Assembly (NCBI RefSeq): GCF_009914755.1
Contig: NC_060932.1
Reading direction: 5' to 3' (one strand)
Length of the DNA stretch: 64,000 bases
Source: the human T2T-CHM13v2.0 reference genome, Homo sapiens
Made by a program: the position numbers and the translations under genes. Under the pieces are notes generated by a model. The model saw only the letters and a list, made by a program, of their open reading frames with translations. It ran no database searches and was not told where the DNA came from. Positions within the stretch are counted from its first letter, which is position 1; each line of letters starts with the position of its first letter. Shown here one piece after another: positions 1 to 14,294 of this stretch.

Positions 1-567
1 CCAGGCTGAACATTTTCAAAATCTTTCTTCTGCTTCTCCTTTAATTATCGTTCTATCTTTAAGTCATTCCTCTCATATCTTACTGTATGTGGTTAAAAGT
101 AGCTACTTAGCTCCATCAACATTTTGCTTTGAAATTTATTGCACCAGATATCTTAGCTCCTTGCTCATAAATTCTGCCTTCCCTAAAGCCCTTGGACAAG
201 AATACAATTCAGCCAAGTTCTCTGTGACTTTATTACAAGGACAGTCTTTACTCCAGTTTCAAATACCTTGTTCTTCATTTCTACCTGAGACCTCATCAAA
301 ATGGACTTTACTATGCATGTTTCTACTAACATTCTAATTATGATCACTTAAGTAATGTCTAAGAAGTCCCAGATGGTCCTTAAATTTCTTGTCTTCTCCT
401 GAGCCCTCACCCAACTGCCCACAATGCTCCGTTTGCAGCAGTCTAGGCTTTTTCTAGCATTCACTTCATAACTGTCCCAGCTTCTGTGGATTACCCAATT
501 CCAAGGCCCCTTCCACATTTTCAGCTTATTGTTATAGCAACAGCCCTAATTCTCGGTACCAATCTTC
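1..567 (-). mobile_element. MaLR internal sequence (MST/MLT1A-int type), 5' part, runs off the window
   Basis: Minus strand reads GAAGATTGGTACCGAGAATTAGGGCTGTTGCTATAACAATAAGCTGAAAATGTGG directly after the LTR. This is homologous to the start of the MSTA internal region at 3866. Confidence 0.75.
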
Positions 568-999
568 TGTCGTAGTCTGTTTTGGGTTGCTGTGAAAGAA
601 TTCCACAAACTGCATAATTTAAAATGAACAGAGATTTATTTCTTACAGTATTGGAGGCTGGAAGTTCAAAGTCAAGTAAGGGGCCTGCATCTGATGAGGG
701 CCTCCTTGCTGGGGTCTTCTCTAACCCCCACCTGCTCTCTTGTGCTTTGCTGCCCTTCTCCTAGTAAGGCAGAAGGTCAAGAAAGCGCAAGAGAGCGAGT
801 TGGGGATCACAGTTGCTTTTAAAACAAAACTACTCTCACGATAACTAACCCACTCCCTTGATAACATTAATCCATTAATTAGGGCAGAGCCCTTTTCCCT
901 TATGACCTAACAGTCTCTAATTAGGTGTTACCTCCTAACACTGCATTGGGGATTAAGTTTCTAGCACATGAACTCTGGGGACATGCTGACACCATAGCA
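568..999 (-). mobile_element. MaLR LTR (MSTC/MSTD/MLT1A-like), 5' LTR of the element
   Basis: Minus strand starts TGCTATGGTG and ends ...CAGACTACGACA. About 430 bp, with AATAAA at 635-640 (minus). Subfamily uncertain. Confidence 0.75.
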
Positions 1000-1390
1000 A
1001 GAGTCTTCCTTAATTCTAACCACTGAAAATCTTTTTCCTTTAAATACCAAAATCCAGAAGATTAATTCATGTTCAATATCATTTTTAGCTAACAATTTTT
1101 TAATTTAAAAATACTTTACTGTAGAAAACTCTAATAATCAATAGCTAACAAAATTAAGTGGTCTCAACTCTTTAGTTCAATATTTCCTTCAAGTTAATGG
1201 TCAATTTTTCATAACTATGGCATTTCTGTTTCTTTTCTTACAGTCAGGGTGTCTTTGCTGAATATAAATAGAACAATCAAACCAATAATATCCTTTACAT
1301 AACCACTATACATATATAGATTTAACCTTAGTTATTCTTCGTATAGATTGTCTTGTAAGTTTGTTATGCTAGTACTAACATTAGCATTAT

Positions 1391-1891
1391 TATTTTACCA
1401 AGAGTCCAGCGTGACACAGTATCTGCCATGTTAGGAATTTGAGTACAGTGAAACAGAGAGCAATGACAATGAGAACACTAAATCTCATTCTAGAATTTCA
1501 ATGAGGTGTAATGAGTATCTAGAAAAGTCATTTAATTGTATGAGCACCTCAAGTGGAGAACTGAGTTTTATTCCTTCTGTTTCTCCCAACAATAAATGAA
1601 TGCATTATTCCTTCTTTGTAGTCAAATATCTCGTGCAAATAATTTTATCAGTTTTTCCATGGTGAGTTGTCTCTACCTATGACCCTAAATGCCAAGCTCC
1701 CTACCTCTCTCTGCACACACTCAAATTAAATTTTTGGTTATATATTTAAAATATATGTTTTATCTATACCATTGTCCAGCTTAATATTTTACCAAGAGTC
1801 CAGTATGATGTAGTTTCTGCTGGTTAGGAATGTGAGTATAGTCCCATAGACAGCAATGACACTGAGAATGTTATTCTAGTATTTCAAGAGG
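1391..1891 (+). repeat. Diverged local direct duplication of ~110 bp (1391-1506 and 1785-1891)
   Basis: Both copies read TATTTTACCAAGAGTCCAG...GTTAGGAAT.TGAGTA.AGT...AGCAATGACA.TGAGAA...ATTCTAG.ATTTCAA..AGG. Confidence 0.85.
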
Positions 1892-3454
1892 CACAATAGC
1901 AACTTCTTCTTGCCTTAGTTTTCTTGTTAGTAATGATTGCCAACCTACAGATGGCTACATTGAAGTTTAAAATGAAAATTACTTTCATTTTAAAGTTCCC
2001 TCATAAATGTCTTCATCCCAAATAACTTTTTCGAGCAAGAAAGTTTTCCTTCATTAATCTACATCTACTATTAAGAAACACTACTCTGATTAACAATTTT
2101 ATATATCTATATTCACTAGGGATTAAGGATATACAGTTATTTAATGTAGTAAGTCATTGCAAAAAAAGGAAATTACCATGAGTTGCCTTTTTGAAAGAAA
2201 ACCAAATAATTTTATGTCAAGGTAAAAAATATTTTAACTAAAATTAGGAAGAACTCTTTTCATTAGGATGTAAGTTCAATTCTAAAAAGTACACACAAGG
2301 GATTCCAACTTTTCTTCATGGCTGATTCTAATGTTGGCAAATAAACAAAATGAAGCACTACAACAAAAAAAATGAAAAACTTAAATGAAAGGCGACAAAT
2401 TATATTAAAAAGTGTAAGGTGGTACAACTAAATCAGTCTAAACTAATAGAAAAACTCATGGGTGAAAAGAAAACTATTCGTCCTTATGAGATTACCAACT
2501 CTCACAGAGAAACAACTGAGATTACATTTTAATTAATATGTATTAATACCTAAAATGAAATGAGAATCAATGCTGAGTTAAGTAAAATATGATAAGGGAA
2601 CCAAATAATGAAAGTAAAAGAGCCCTAGAAGGCTTCTTTACTCGGAAAAAGAGTTTTCTTAAGAGTTCACAAAACAAAGAGACTTTGGAACTAGTTACCA
2701 ATTTCATATTTAGGCCATTGGGTTGAATGAACAATCAAGGTACCCACATAAAAAACAGGTAATAGTAATCCCATTGCCTCTATCATCCCCCAAGAATACA
2801 CACAGAGATGTACATGCACACACTCACACCTTCATGGGCAGTGTTAAACATAATGGCAAAGAAGTGGGAGGAAATCTTTGCAAAATTTTCTCTACTTCCT
2901 AATTTCAGCAAATCAGCCAACAAAGAGGCAGCACTGATTTCCTGAAAAGACCAGTCATGACTTAAATTTGCAACAAGGAAATGAAAAGCCAAACTACAAA
3001 CTGTTGGTATTTAAAACCACACTTTCTAAAGCTCAGGGCTATCATAACACATGACTGGAAGGACAGAAAGATATCAATGTGCTACCACCTCACCTAATTA
3101 GCCAGAACAATTTAATATGTGAGGGCAGATGGGAAATAGTTTAACTTATTAGCAAATACAGCAAATGTTTTAAACTGTTATTGTTATAAAATGAGTTGTA
3201 GGGCAATATGAAATTGCAGGAAAGATTATTCCACGATGCAAAGTTGTAAAATGCTTATCCAGAGTTAAAAAGAACAAATGTGCTAAATGACAAAGCAAGG
3301 CCAATGCTGCTGTAACTAAAACATGGAGGGTGCACAAGTGCAGAGGGAATCCAGAAGTTCATTATTTAAAACTGTTTTTTTTTTTTTTTTGGCTGACTTT
3401 ATTAAAATGAGCCAATACATGATTTTTTTTTTTTTTTAAACTAGGATAAGGGAG

Positions 3455-5820
3455 TGATTTGGTTTGGATCTGTGTCCCCGCTCAAATTTCATGCTGGATT
3501 GTAATCCCAAATGTTGAATGTGGGGCCTGGTGAGAGGTGACTCGATCATAATGGCATTACCCCCTTTAGTACTGTTCTCATGATAGTCAGTGAGTGAGTT
3601 AAGTCATCATGAGATCTGGTTGTTTAAAGGTGTGGGGCACCTGCCCCCTCTCTCTCTTCCTCTTGCTCCGGCCATGTGAAGTGCCAGCTCCCCCTTCACT
3701 TTCTGCTGTGATTTAAAGTTTCCCGAGGCCTCCCCAGAAGCTGAGCAGATGCCAGCACCACGCTTCCTGTGTAGCCTGCAGAACCATCAGCCAATTAAAC
3801 TTCTTTTTATATAAATTACCCAGTCTCAGGTATCCTTTATGGCAGTGCCAGAATAAACGAATTCAGAAAAATGGGTCCCAAGAAGTGGGGAATTGCTATA
3901 AAAAATACCTGAAAATGTAGCAGCAACTTTGGGAACTGGGTAATGGGCAGAGGTTGGAAGAGTGTGGATGGCTCAGAAGATGACAGGAAGATGAGGGAAA
4001 GTTTGAGACTTCCTAGAGGCTTCTTAAATTGTTGTGACCAAAATGCTGATAGTGATACGGACAATAAAGTCCAGGCTGTGGAGGTATCAGATGGCAATGA
4101 GGAACTTATTGGGAACTAAAGCAAAGGTTATGTTTGTTATGCGGAAGCAAAGAACTTGGAGGCACTGTGCCCCTGCCCTAGGGATCTGTGGAATTTTGAA
4201 CTTGAGAGTGATGATTTAGGGTATCTGGCAGAAGAAATTTCTAAGCAGCAAAGCATTAAAGAAGTAACCTGGCTGCTTCTAACAACCTATGCTTATATGT
4301 GCGAGCAAATAAATGACATAAAACTGGAACTTATATCTAAAAGTTTGGAAAATTTGCAGCCTGGCCATGTGAAAATTTGCAGCAGGCTGAAGAAATTTGC
4401 TTTACTAAAAGGCAGGCAAGTGCTGATAGCAAGAAAATGGGGAAAATGCCTCAAAGGCATTTCAGAGACCTTTGCAGCAGCCCCTCCTATCACAGGCCTG
4501 GAGGCTTAGGAGAGAAGAATGGTTTCATAGGCCAGTCCCCGGGAAGTTTCACTGCCCTATACTGCTCCCTGCATCCCAGCCACTCTAGCTACAGCTGTGG
4601 CTAAAAGGGCCAAGGTACAGCTCAAGCTGTCACTCCAGAGAGTGTAAGCCATAAGCCTTGGTGGCTTCCACATGGCGTTAAGCCTATGGGTATGCAGAAT
4701 GCAAGAGTTAAGGCTTCGGAGCCTTTGCCTAGATGTCAGAGAATGTATGGAAAAGCCTGGATATCCAGGCAGACATCTGCGGCAGGGGTGGAACCCTCTT
4801 GGAGAACCTTTACTAGGGGAGTGCAGAAGAGAAATGTGGGGTTGGTGCCCCAACAAAGAGTCCCCAATGGGTCACTGCTTAGTGGAGCTGTGAGAAGAGG
4901 GCTACCATCCTCCAAACCCCAGAATGGTAGAGCCCCCAGCAGTTTGCACCCTGCACCTGGAAAAGCCATAGGCACTCAACGCCAGCCCATGAGAGCAACC
5001 GCAGGGACTGAACTCTGGAAAAGCCACAGGGGCAGAGCTGCCCAAGGCCTTGGGAGCCCACTCCTCACACCAGTGTGCCCTGAATATAAGAAATGGAGTC
5101 AAAGCAGGTTATTATTGGAGCTTTAAGATTTAATGACTGTCCTGCCGGGGTTTCGGACTTGCACAGTGCCTGTAGCCCCTTTCTTTTGGCTGCTTTCTTC
5201 CTTTTGGAATAGGAGTATTTAGCCAATGCCTGTACCCCCATTGTATCTTGGGAGCAACTAATTTGTTTTTAATTTTACAGGCTCATAGGCACAAGGGACT
5301 AGGCTTGTCTCAGATAAGAGTGAGTTAAGGCTGAAATGAGTTAAGACTTTGAGGGACTGTTGGGAAGGCATGACTGTATTTTGCAATGTGAGAAGGACAT
5401 GAGATTTTAGAGGCGCCAGGGATGGAATGATATGGTTTGGATCTGTGCTCCCACACAAATCTAATGTTGAATTGTAATCCCCACTGTTGGAGGTGGGATC
5501 TGGCGGTAAGTGATTGGATCATGGGGGAAGATTTCCCCCTTTGGTGCTGTTCTCATGGTAGTGAGTAAGTTATTGTGAGATCTGGTTGTTTAAAAGTGTG
5601 GCACTTCCACCCCACCCTGCTCTGGCCATGTGAAGTGCTGACTCCCTCTTTGCCTCCTGTCATGACTGAAAGTTTCCTGAGGCTTCCCCAGAAGCTGAGC
5701 AGATGCTAGCATCATACTTCCTGTACGGCCTGAAGACTGTGAGCCAATTAAACCTCTTTTGTTTACAAATTACCCAGTCTTAAGTATTGCTTTGTAGCAG
5801 TGCAAGAACAGACTAAAACA
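3455..5820 (+). mobile_element. Complete MSTA-type MaLR element: 5' LTR 3455-3865, internal 3866-5427, 3' LTR 5428-5820
   Basis: Two homologous LTRs start TGAT(A/T)TGGTTTGGATCTGTG and end in CA. The ~1.56-kb internal region is THE1/MST-type. 5-bp TSD GGGAG at 3450-3454 and 5821-5825. Confidence 0.92.
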
Positions 5821-6369
5821 GGGAGATTTCTTACAATTTGTAAACACTGTTGTAGAAAGCAGCAATAAACATGAAAGTCAAAGGATGAAAGAGAGGAACA
5901 TTAATTTTCCTAATAGACAATACTGAACTTATTTTATTTTCCTATTTGTGTTAATCGTTGTATTTTCTGAAGATCCTCATGCAGATACATTTTAAACAAT
6001 TCCAACATAAGATATAAACTCCCATATCCACCTCAACTCACCTCATCCTACGCCATCCCAATCACAAAGAGTAATTACTCACTTTGTTTATCACTTAGAC
6101 TGGAAATTTTTTAAAGCCAAGAAAAATGCCTCAATGCCTTATATAGTTTTGTTCTCCCCAAATTATCAGCAGGCTGCATGATGCAAGTAGGTCAACAAAT
6201 AGATGCTTCACTAATAATGAACAATTGAGCAAAGGAACTTGGAAAGGCAAATGGTCATGGTCCTATATGACGTAGCAGAGACCTTCCACAAGTCAATTTG
6301 ACTCACTGCACTCTTCATTACAGTTTTTGTATTTTTATCTTTGTACAGTCCTCCCTCTCCCCTAAATCT

Positions 6370-6490
6370 CATGTTGTGTTCTCATTAGGCAAGGATCTGT
6401 GTCTTATTCATATTTGTATCTAGGGCACAGCACTGGGCCAGGCACAGGAGAAGCTGGATAGAGATTGCAGAATAGATGAATAAATAAATG
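6370..6490 (+). mobile_element. L2 3'-end fragment
   Basis: GGATCTGTGTCTTATTCATATTTGTATCTAGGGCACAGCAC...GAATAGATGAATAAATAAATG resembles the L2 terminus. Confidence 0.5.
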
Positions 6491-7329
6491 ATCCTTGCTA
6501 CTAACTTAAGGAAAAACTCTAGTAATTCTATGAGCATTTAATGAGACTAGCAAATTAATACAACATTCTCTTAATGTGCACTGTATCAAAGGCTAGCACA
6601 GAAACATTCAGACTCACTCTCTGCTCTTCAAAGACTTTATAAGACGGGGTGGCTACAGAGATGCCAGGCAGCATGGTGGTGCCATAGGAGGCCATAACAG
6701 CTGGGGAAAATCCTGGCCTTCCCACCATACTGGACTTGGACCTATTGATGAACACTTCTTGACTTAATTTTCCTCATATATAAAGTAACAACAATGGACT
6801 ACGTAAGTACCTTTCAAAAAATTTTTCAAGAACATATACCTTAAAAATATGAAATAGAACCCTATACATATATTCAAAAGAGATAAAAGTGGAGCTGTTT
6901 TGATCAGCTGAACTAGGCATAATACTTAAGGAAGCAGAACTGGGTCCCCAACAATTTTCAGTCACACTCCCAGGTAAGGCCCCAAGGCATCTCCCTGTAA
7001 CCCAAGGTTACACTGAACCCAGTCAGAAAACCAATGATATAAAAACCTATAAGGTTTATAACAGTTATAACATTCTCCGGTTCTAACACTCAATAATTCT
7101 ATCGTGATTTCCTCTAAGGTTCTAACATCCACATCAAGATGCCTCCTGCGCAAGTCTTCCATGCATTATCCTACAAACTTTGTAGCATCACCACCTTTCC
7201 TGTAACTATTTTCTAAACTACACATTGTAGGCTTATCTTTTAAGAAATGTGGTTCCTTCATTACCATTAACATCCTTTCTATAGCCTTTTATGGAGCCTT
7301 CATTACATATAAACACTATGATCAGCAAC

Positions 7330-8215
7330 AGAGGAGATAAAGGGACAAATCCAGACATGTATCATTTCCTTAAAGAGCTTACAATCTAATGGCACATTAC
7401 TACAAATAACCATAATGGGGTGTAGAAACTGCTGGTGTCATCAGATAAAGTAAAATGGAAGCTTAAGGCTGAGATCATACTTCTGGTTAGCAAGATCAGA
7501 AAAAACTTCAAGAAAACAGATGGAATAGGAGCTGGACTGTGAAGGATGATAGGCTTTGAACATAAAATGATTATGGGATACAGGTTCCTAGCAGAGGTGA
7601 CTTCACGAACACTGAATGGAGAACAAAATCAATTATTGGCAGAACGTGAAGGGCCTAATTAAAGTTTTACAGCACATAGGAACTTCACAGAGGTTAAAGT
7701 ACAGGGAAGATTGGAGACAGAAGGCCTTGTTGAGGAGGCAAACACTATAAATGCCTGAAAAACAAAAGAATGGCAGGAGTGAAGAGGAAAGATGCTGTTT
7801 GGAGCCATTTCTGCAGGGGTTCGAAGTGGTGGTGTGGGAGGGTGTCAAAGATGATGTAAAGGCTAAAATCCAGGTAAGCCGGAAACGCTGGTGTCATTAA
7901 TAGAAATGGAGCACACACGACAAGTTTGGAGACAGACGATGAGCGCTAAGTGCCAGCAGAAACATCCTGCAGGAAAATGCAAACACTGAATTGAAACTTG
8001 GGAAAGAGGTCAGAGCTGTATATATATATAGGAAGAATTTTTACAGAAATGGCAGAAGAAGTTTTAAGAGTGAATTGCAATTGCTGAGGAGGAGACTACA
8101 TTGGAAGAAGACAATTCAAAGTGTCCATCTAACGCTAAGGGATAATATGAGGAAAATGGGTCAGAGAAAGTCTAGTTAGAGAGGTATGGGAGAAACGGGA
8201 GAGCACAGTGTTATA
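7330..8215 (-). mobile_element. Degenerate L2 fragment
   Basis: GAGCTTACAATCTAATGG followed by a purine-rich run typical of antisense L2. Boundaries approximate. Confidence 0.4.
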
Positions 8216-8262
8216 AATAATTATATCCATGTACATACACTTTTATCAAGGAAAAAGCTTAG

Positions 8263-8567
<305 letters not shown>

Positions 8568-10811
8568 GCTTAGCTCCTTTGCTAAAGGATCACATACACT
8601 GATAGATGTCAGTGTTCTCAGAAGTGTGTTCTAAATAAAAAGCACCAGTTTTAGTAGATGTTAAAAGGTGCTTTAAGACAAAAATAAGATTCAGTGATTT
8701 AATAAATTGGGGTATTGGCCATTTATTTCCTACAGAAATTCAAGATGTACATCAGGTTTTTAAATTCAAATTTCTCCTGCAGAAATTCAAGATGTACGTT
8801 GATTGAACAGGATGATAACAGAGAGATCTGTTTAATTTTGTTTGAGCTAGCATTCATTCCAAGACTTAGTTGACCCATAATCCCTTTGTTTTATATCTGC
8901 TTGATAGAGCAGTACTTCTTCCACAGGAGGAAACACTGAAATATGGCAAAACTCAGAAATTTACAGAATATTAGAACTAGAAAAAATACTTGTGATCATT
9001 TCATCCAATTCCTTCATTTTATAGGTGAAGATAGAAATTATACGATAACCACTATAGTGTCTTCTTCTAATTCTTGACAATGTATAAAAATGTAGTCTAT
9101 GTATATGCATATGAACAAGAGAGAAAAAGAAAAAAAGACAAAAAAAAAAAGAAATTGGAGCTTTGAAAGCTACAGCATCAGGCATCAATTGAAGAGCAAC
9201 TTGCTTTATGTTCAGTGTTTTCAAACATTTCAGTGTCATCCTGAAGGTTACATGAGACTCAATATTTGCTCAGTCTTGCAAAAGAGGAAACTGAGGACTA
9301 CAGGTTAACTTGGTCAGTGAACCAGCTACTACATGAAAAAGCTGTAATTCACACCAAAATTTATCTGACTCTGAAATCCAGGCTTCTGAACAAGATGCTC
9401 TGCTAACTTCACAAGAAGAAACCAGTTACTGGGTAAACTCCCGCCCCTCCACCCTTGGGTAACACGCAAGATATAGCTTTCTTGCATCAAACTCCGACTA
9501 CCTATAAATGAATAAATAAAATCTGCTGTAACAAATTAAAAAAAAAAACCTAGATTTACAAAACAGGTCCTCAAGAGTATATGTATTTGTTTTTTAAAAT
9601 AACTTCATAAAAGAATCTTCAATGTATTCTCTTGCCCAGAGTGAATATGATGATGCCATTTTTATTTATTTTCTCTAGACTACATATTCTGCATATGTCA
9701 GGATGTCCTTTTTGCATTTCAGCAAGATTCTGACTATATCCTTCACAAAATTTTCCTATGAAACCCACTTTTGTTCATGAGAAATAAGCCTAAAGAAGAA
9801 TGATCACCTTTGATAGCAGACCATGAATTCTTAATGATCAGTTTTCCTTGAAATGGCACGCTGCCTTTAAATGAGTCTCATCATGAATATACATACAGAC
9901 ACATAAGCCATATATATATATATGCAAATATTAAAGTCTTAACTTTTGACTCCCTAACTTGCAATAGGACCATGACTCTACAGTGAGTAGACGCAATTCA
10001 AGTGGTGCTGATACTTCAAAAATAAATTCCTGCACATTATATGTAATACACAGTCAACTATTAACCCATGTTCCTCCAACGTGCAGATAACATAACAAGT
10101 TTTATCTCCCAAGTTATGATTCTGTAAACCCGAGTTCATTGTAGAATGCTCTGTTAGGTCACGTGGTAAAACAATACTTATGAATACTTAGTAAAAATAA
10201 AAAATAAAATCCACGAAGTTCTAATTACAAAGAACACATTTTGACCTAATTTCCTGGTAATGTGATTAAAAATTTCATATTCTTCCATAATAATTTTATA
10301 AAAATTAAAATTTTGAACTGCTATATTGATTAGGGAAATTTTAACAACAGTGGTATTGTTCTACGTAGACCTAGGTGTAGCTCATCTTTAATAGTATTTC
10401 TCAAAGTATGTACCCTGAAACACTATATGTCACTGTCAAAGAGAGTCAGGAAACATTACACATTCTATTCCTCTCTTGGGGACTGATAACACACATTGGC
10501 ATTGGATAAGCTCCTAGAAGTTCTGAAGTTTAAATAAAATAGCTTTATTCAATCCATCATCTCCCAAGCTTATTCCATTCAGAGAACCTTTTTTTGGTTG
10601 CTGTTGTTGTTTTGTGCTTAGTATCTATCAGTGTCCTAGTATGATTAGTATCATAGGAAATAAACCTGGAAAGCCATGATCTATGATGATAGGAAGGAGA
10701 TAATTAAAATAAGTGGATGATACCAAAACCATTTGTATTACATTTTGGAATACACACTATTCATCAGCAGATTTTTCTTTTAGAATGTTACTTTTTAAAA
10801 GATAAATTTAA

Positions 10812-11136
<325 letters not shown>

Positions 11137-11204
11137 CTACAGGTACAGCAACCATTTTAAAAGCAGAATAGGAACACACTGAGTACCAAAAAACCACAGG
11201 ATAC

Positions 11205-11266
11205 TCTGGGTTTACTTGTATAAAACCGAAATAGGTTTTACTTGTATCTGGGTTTACTTGTATAAA
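11205..11266 (+). repeat. Short direct repeat TCTGGGTTTACTTGTATAAA x2 plus a partial third copy
   Basis: Exact 20-mers at 11205-11224 and 11247-11266, with GGTTTTACTTGTAT between them. Confidence 0.85.
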
Positions 11267-11411
11267 GCCACAAAGTAGGTAAGACACTTGGTGTAAAATG
11301 AGAATTGGCAATGCATATTTAATCCTTCTCTAAGATCACTTCCAAGGCATAAAGACAGTAGGAAAAAAGTGAGTAGTTCATTATTAAAAGGCTGACGTCC
11401 AGCACACTTAC

Positions 11412-11455
11412 ACTGCCCATTCAAGCTTCTCATTCTTGATTGAGTTGTACAGAGC
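11412..11455 (-). CDS. PSD3: PSD3 (EFA6D) internal coding exon, 44 nt, [14 protein letters not shown](V), C-terminal end of the Sec7 domain
   Basis: Minus strand: ttttctctctttacag|GCT CTG TAC AAC TCA ATC AAG AAT GAG AAG CTT GAA TGG GCA GT|gtaagt. Consensus acceptor and donor. Peptide recognised from PSD3 (...[25 protein letters not shown]...). Too short for the ORF track. Confidence 0.93.
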
Positions 11456-11732
11456 CTGTAAAGAGAGAAAATGAGATCACATTATTCTTTCCATTCTGTT
11501 CCACATTTTGAATTCAGCAAATGACCAAGTAATTCCTTCATAAAAGGATAGGCACGAAGCCCCCCTTGTCAGTCACCTTGCTTTTAGAAAGGTGAAGAAT
11601 ACATGGGGAGGCAAATGAGCATTGGGTGAACAACGAACGTTTCATGAAACAAAGAAACTTTCACAAAGTTATAACTGTCTTTTATCAATAAGGCACAGTA
11701 CTGTACTACATTTCATTATAGTAAAATATTAG

Positions 11733-12143
<411 letters not shown>

Positions 12144-12486
12144 TAATGAAAGAAATAGAATTGTTTTCATGGCAAATTAAAGAGTAAGATACTTGGTAGG
12201 GGGACTGAAGCCAGACATGGAAAAGCATCTTAGGATAGTTTTAGAGTTTCGATACCACTGACTTAATCCAGTTTTTATTATAAATGTAACATCCCAATTC
12301 TGCCTTACAGTTAAGTATTACATTTTGGGTGTGTGTGGTTGTGGCAGATTGGATAAAAAACTTCTTTAGACCCTTGGTAACAATAATGGTAAAGTCAGCA
12401 CAAGACTGCTACCCTGATTCTCCCAGCTCTAGCATTACAAAGGTCCTTGTAGTCAGCTTGTTCCACTATACCAACTACCGAGAAAC

Positions 12487-12653
12487 ATTTTTTTAAGACA
12501 CAGGGTCTTGCTGTGTTTCCCAGGCTGCAGTGCAGCGACTATTCATGACCATGATAATAGTGCACAACAGCCTCAAACTCCAGGGCTCAAGTGATTCTCC
12601 TGCCTCAGCTTCCTGAACAGCTGGGACTACAGGCATATGCCACAGTGTCTGGC
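12487..12653 (-). mobile_element. Fossil Alu monomer (FAM/FRAM-like)
   Basis: Monomeric, ~165 bp. It contains the GACTATTCATGACCATGAT segment, which resembles FAM/7SL and is not found in dimeric Alus. Confidence 0.75.
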
Positions 12654-14294
12654 TTTACCTTTGAATTTTAAGTAAGATGTTATAAGGAACACACAAATGC
12701 ATTTCTAAGGTACAAAACCACAAGAGCAAATTATATTTAACAAAAGAACGGTATGCATAACAATATTATGATGATGTTGGAACATTTTTCCTCAAAGAAT
12801 GACTTGGATCAATTAGAACTTGAAGGCTTAGCCAAGACTTCATTTACTCTGAGATAGAAAAAAGGGGGATCACATGTCATCTAACCTCTTGTCTTTCAAA
12901 CAAGAAAAGGCAGGTTCAGAAAGTTGTCCAAGCAGCACAGCAGAGCAGAACTGCCTTGTATTTCTATCCTTTCGCCCTTAACATTGTCTCATTCAAGTGT
13001 TTACATGTGTGTAAGCAAACAATGCACACCAATAGTAAATTCACTTTTCAGCAAAATACTTCCAAATTCAGTACAAATTTATTTAAGTTGTAGAATTTAT
13101 ATTATTTACGACTCAATACGTGTATTCTTAGCCAGTATCTTGACAAACTTCATGAAAGTTCTCAATTGTGGCTTCATAGTCAATTCAACTATTGAAATAT
13201 TACAGTAGCTAATAAAAACCAGGTCACATTTTATATTTTTCAGGACATGATAGGTATTCTCAAACACAAAAGGGATAGAACGTACAATTAAAATACGGAG
13301 TATACTGAGGCACAAAGACTATGCTATAAATTGCATATTTGTTTTGAAGAACTCAGGATTACTGAAGAGATCCAATCTATGATATAGTTAATGTATCAGG
13401 AGGCTGAACACCTATGGAAGTGCAGAGAGAGTTGAAAACTGGCTCAAGTCTCAGGAGGGCTTTCGTTGGATAAACGCCTTTTAAATGAATTATATTACTT
13501 GCATGAGCCATTTTGAACCCACAAGTAACAGTGGGCTGAGAAACTACAAATGAAAAGAGACAGATCATTAAAGGTTCTTTAGATGCTACTATCATACTCA
13601 ATATTACCCAGAGTAATTCAAAATGTGGCAAAGATTTTTAAAAAATCTGTTCATAAAGGTAGAAAGTTTAAATGACCGCTAAACAGCTAAAATTTTTCTA
13701 ATACATTCATTTCTGTTCTAGCACAAATTTTTTCAAATACTTTTTCCCTCAAGAATATTTTGTTCAAAGAGAAGTAGAATTGTAAATTTAAAAATTCTTG
13801 CTATTCAATCAGCCAGATATCTCATGAAGATAATCTATTATAAATCATCTTGCCGAATTCCACAGACTTGCAGTATTGCAGGTCAAGTCCTCTCACTGTG
13901 TAAACAACATAGAATAGAATTTTTTTTGTAGCATGCCGAATCCAGACAGTGGGTGTCATCCCTATTCTTTTCAATTGCAAAATTGCAAAGAATTTTCCTT
14001 GTTCTTTGTAGTGCTTTATCACAATTATTATTTTTCTTAATAAAAGGAAGACGCTTTACAAATGCATCCAAAACTTAAATACACTCTCAACACAACTTCC
14101 CATCTTTTTATCTACTCAGCCTAGTTAAGAAATGAATTCCCTTGATTCTTCTTTATCTCTAACCTGGCAGTCATTACTTCCTTTCCCGTGTAGCCTAGAC
14201 GTCATAGTCTCTCACCTCCACCAGTCTAGTTAGTATCTTCGATTTCTTTGTTCTGCTGTTGTACATGAAAATATTAATAGATACTATATAATTC

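Noticed and set aside
3837-5522. Cluster of overlapping ORFs up to 146 aa
   Set aside because: All lie within the MSTA element. They are decayed MaLR frames broken by stops, not a host gene.
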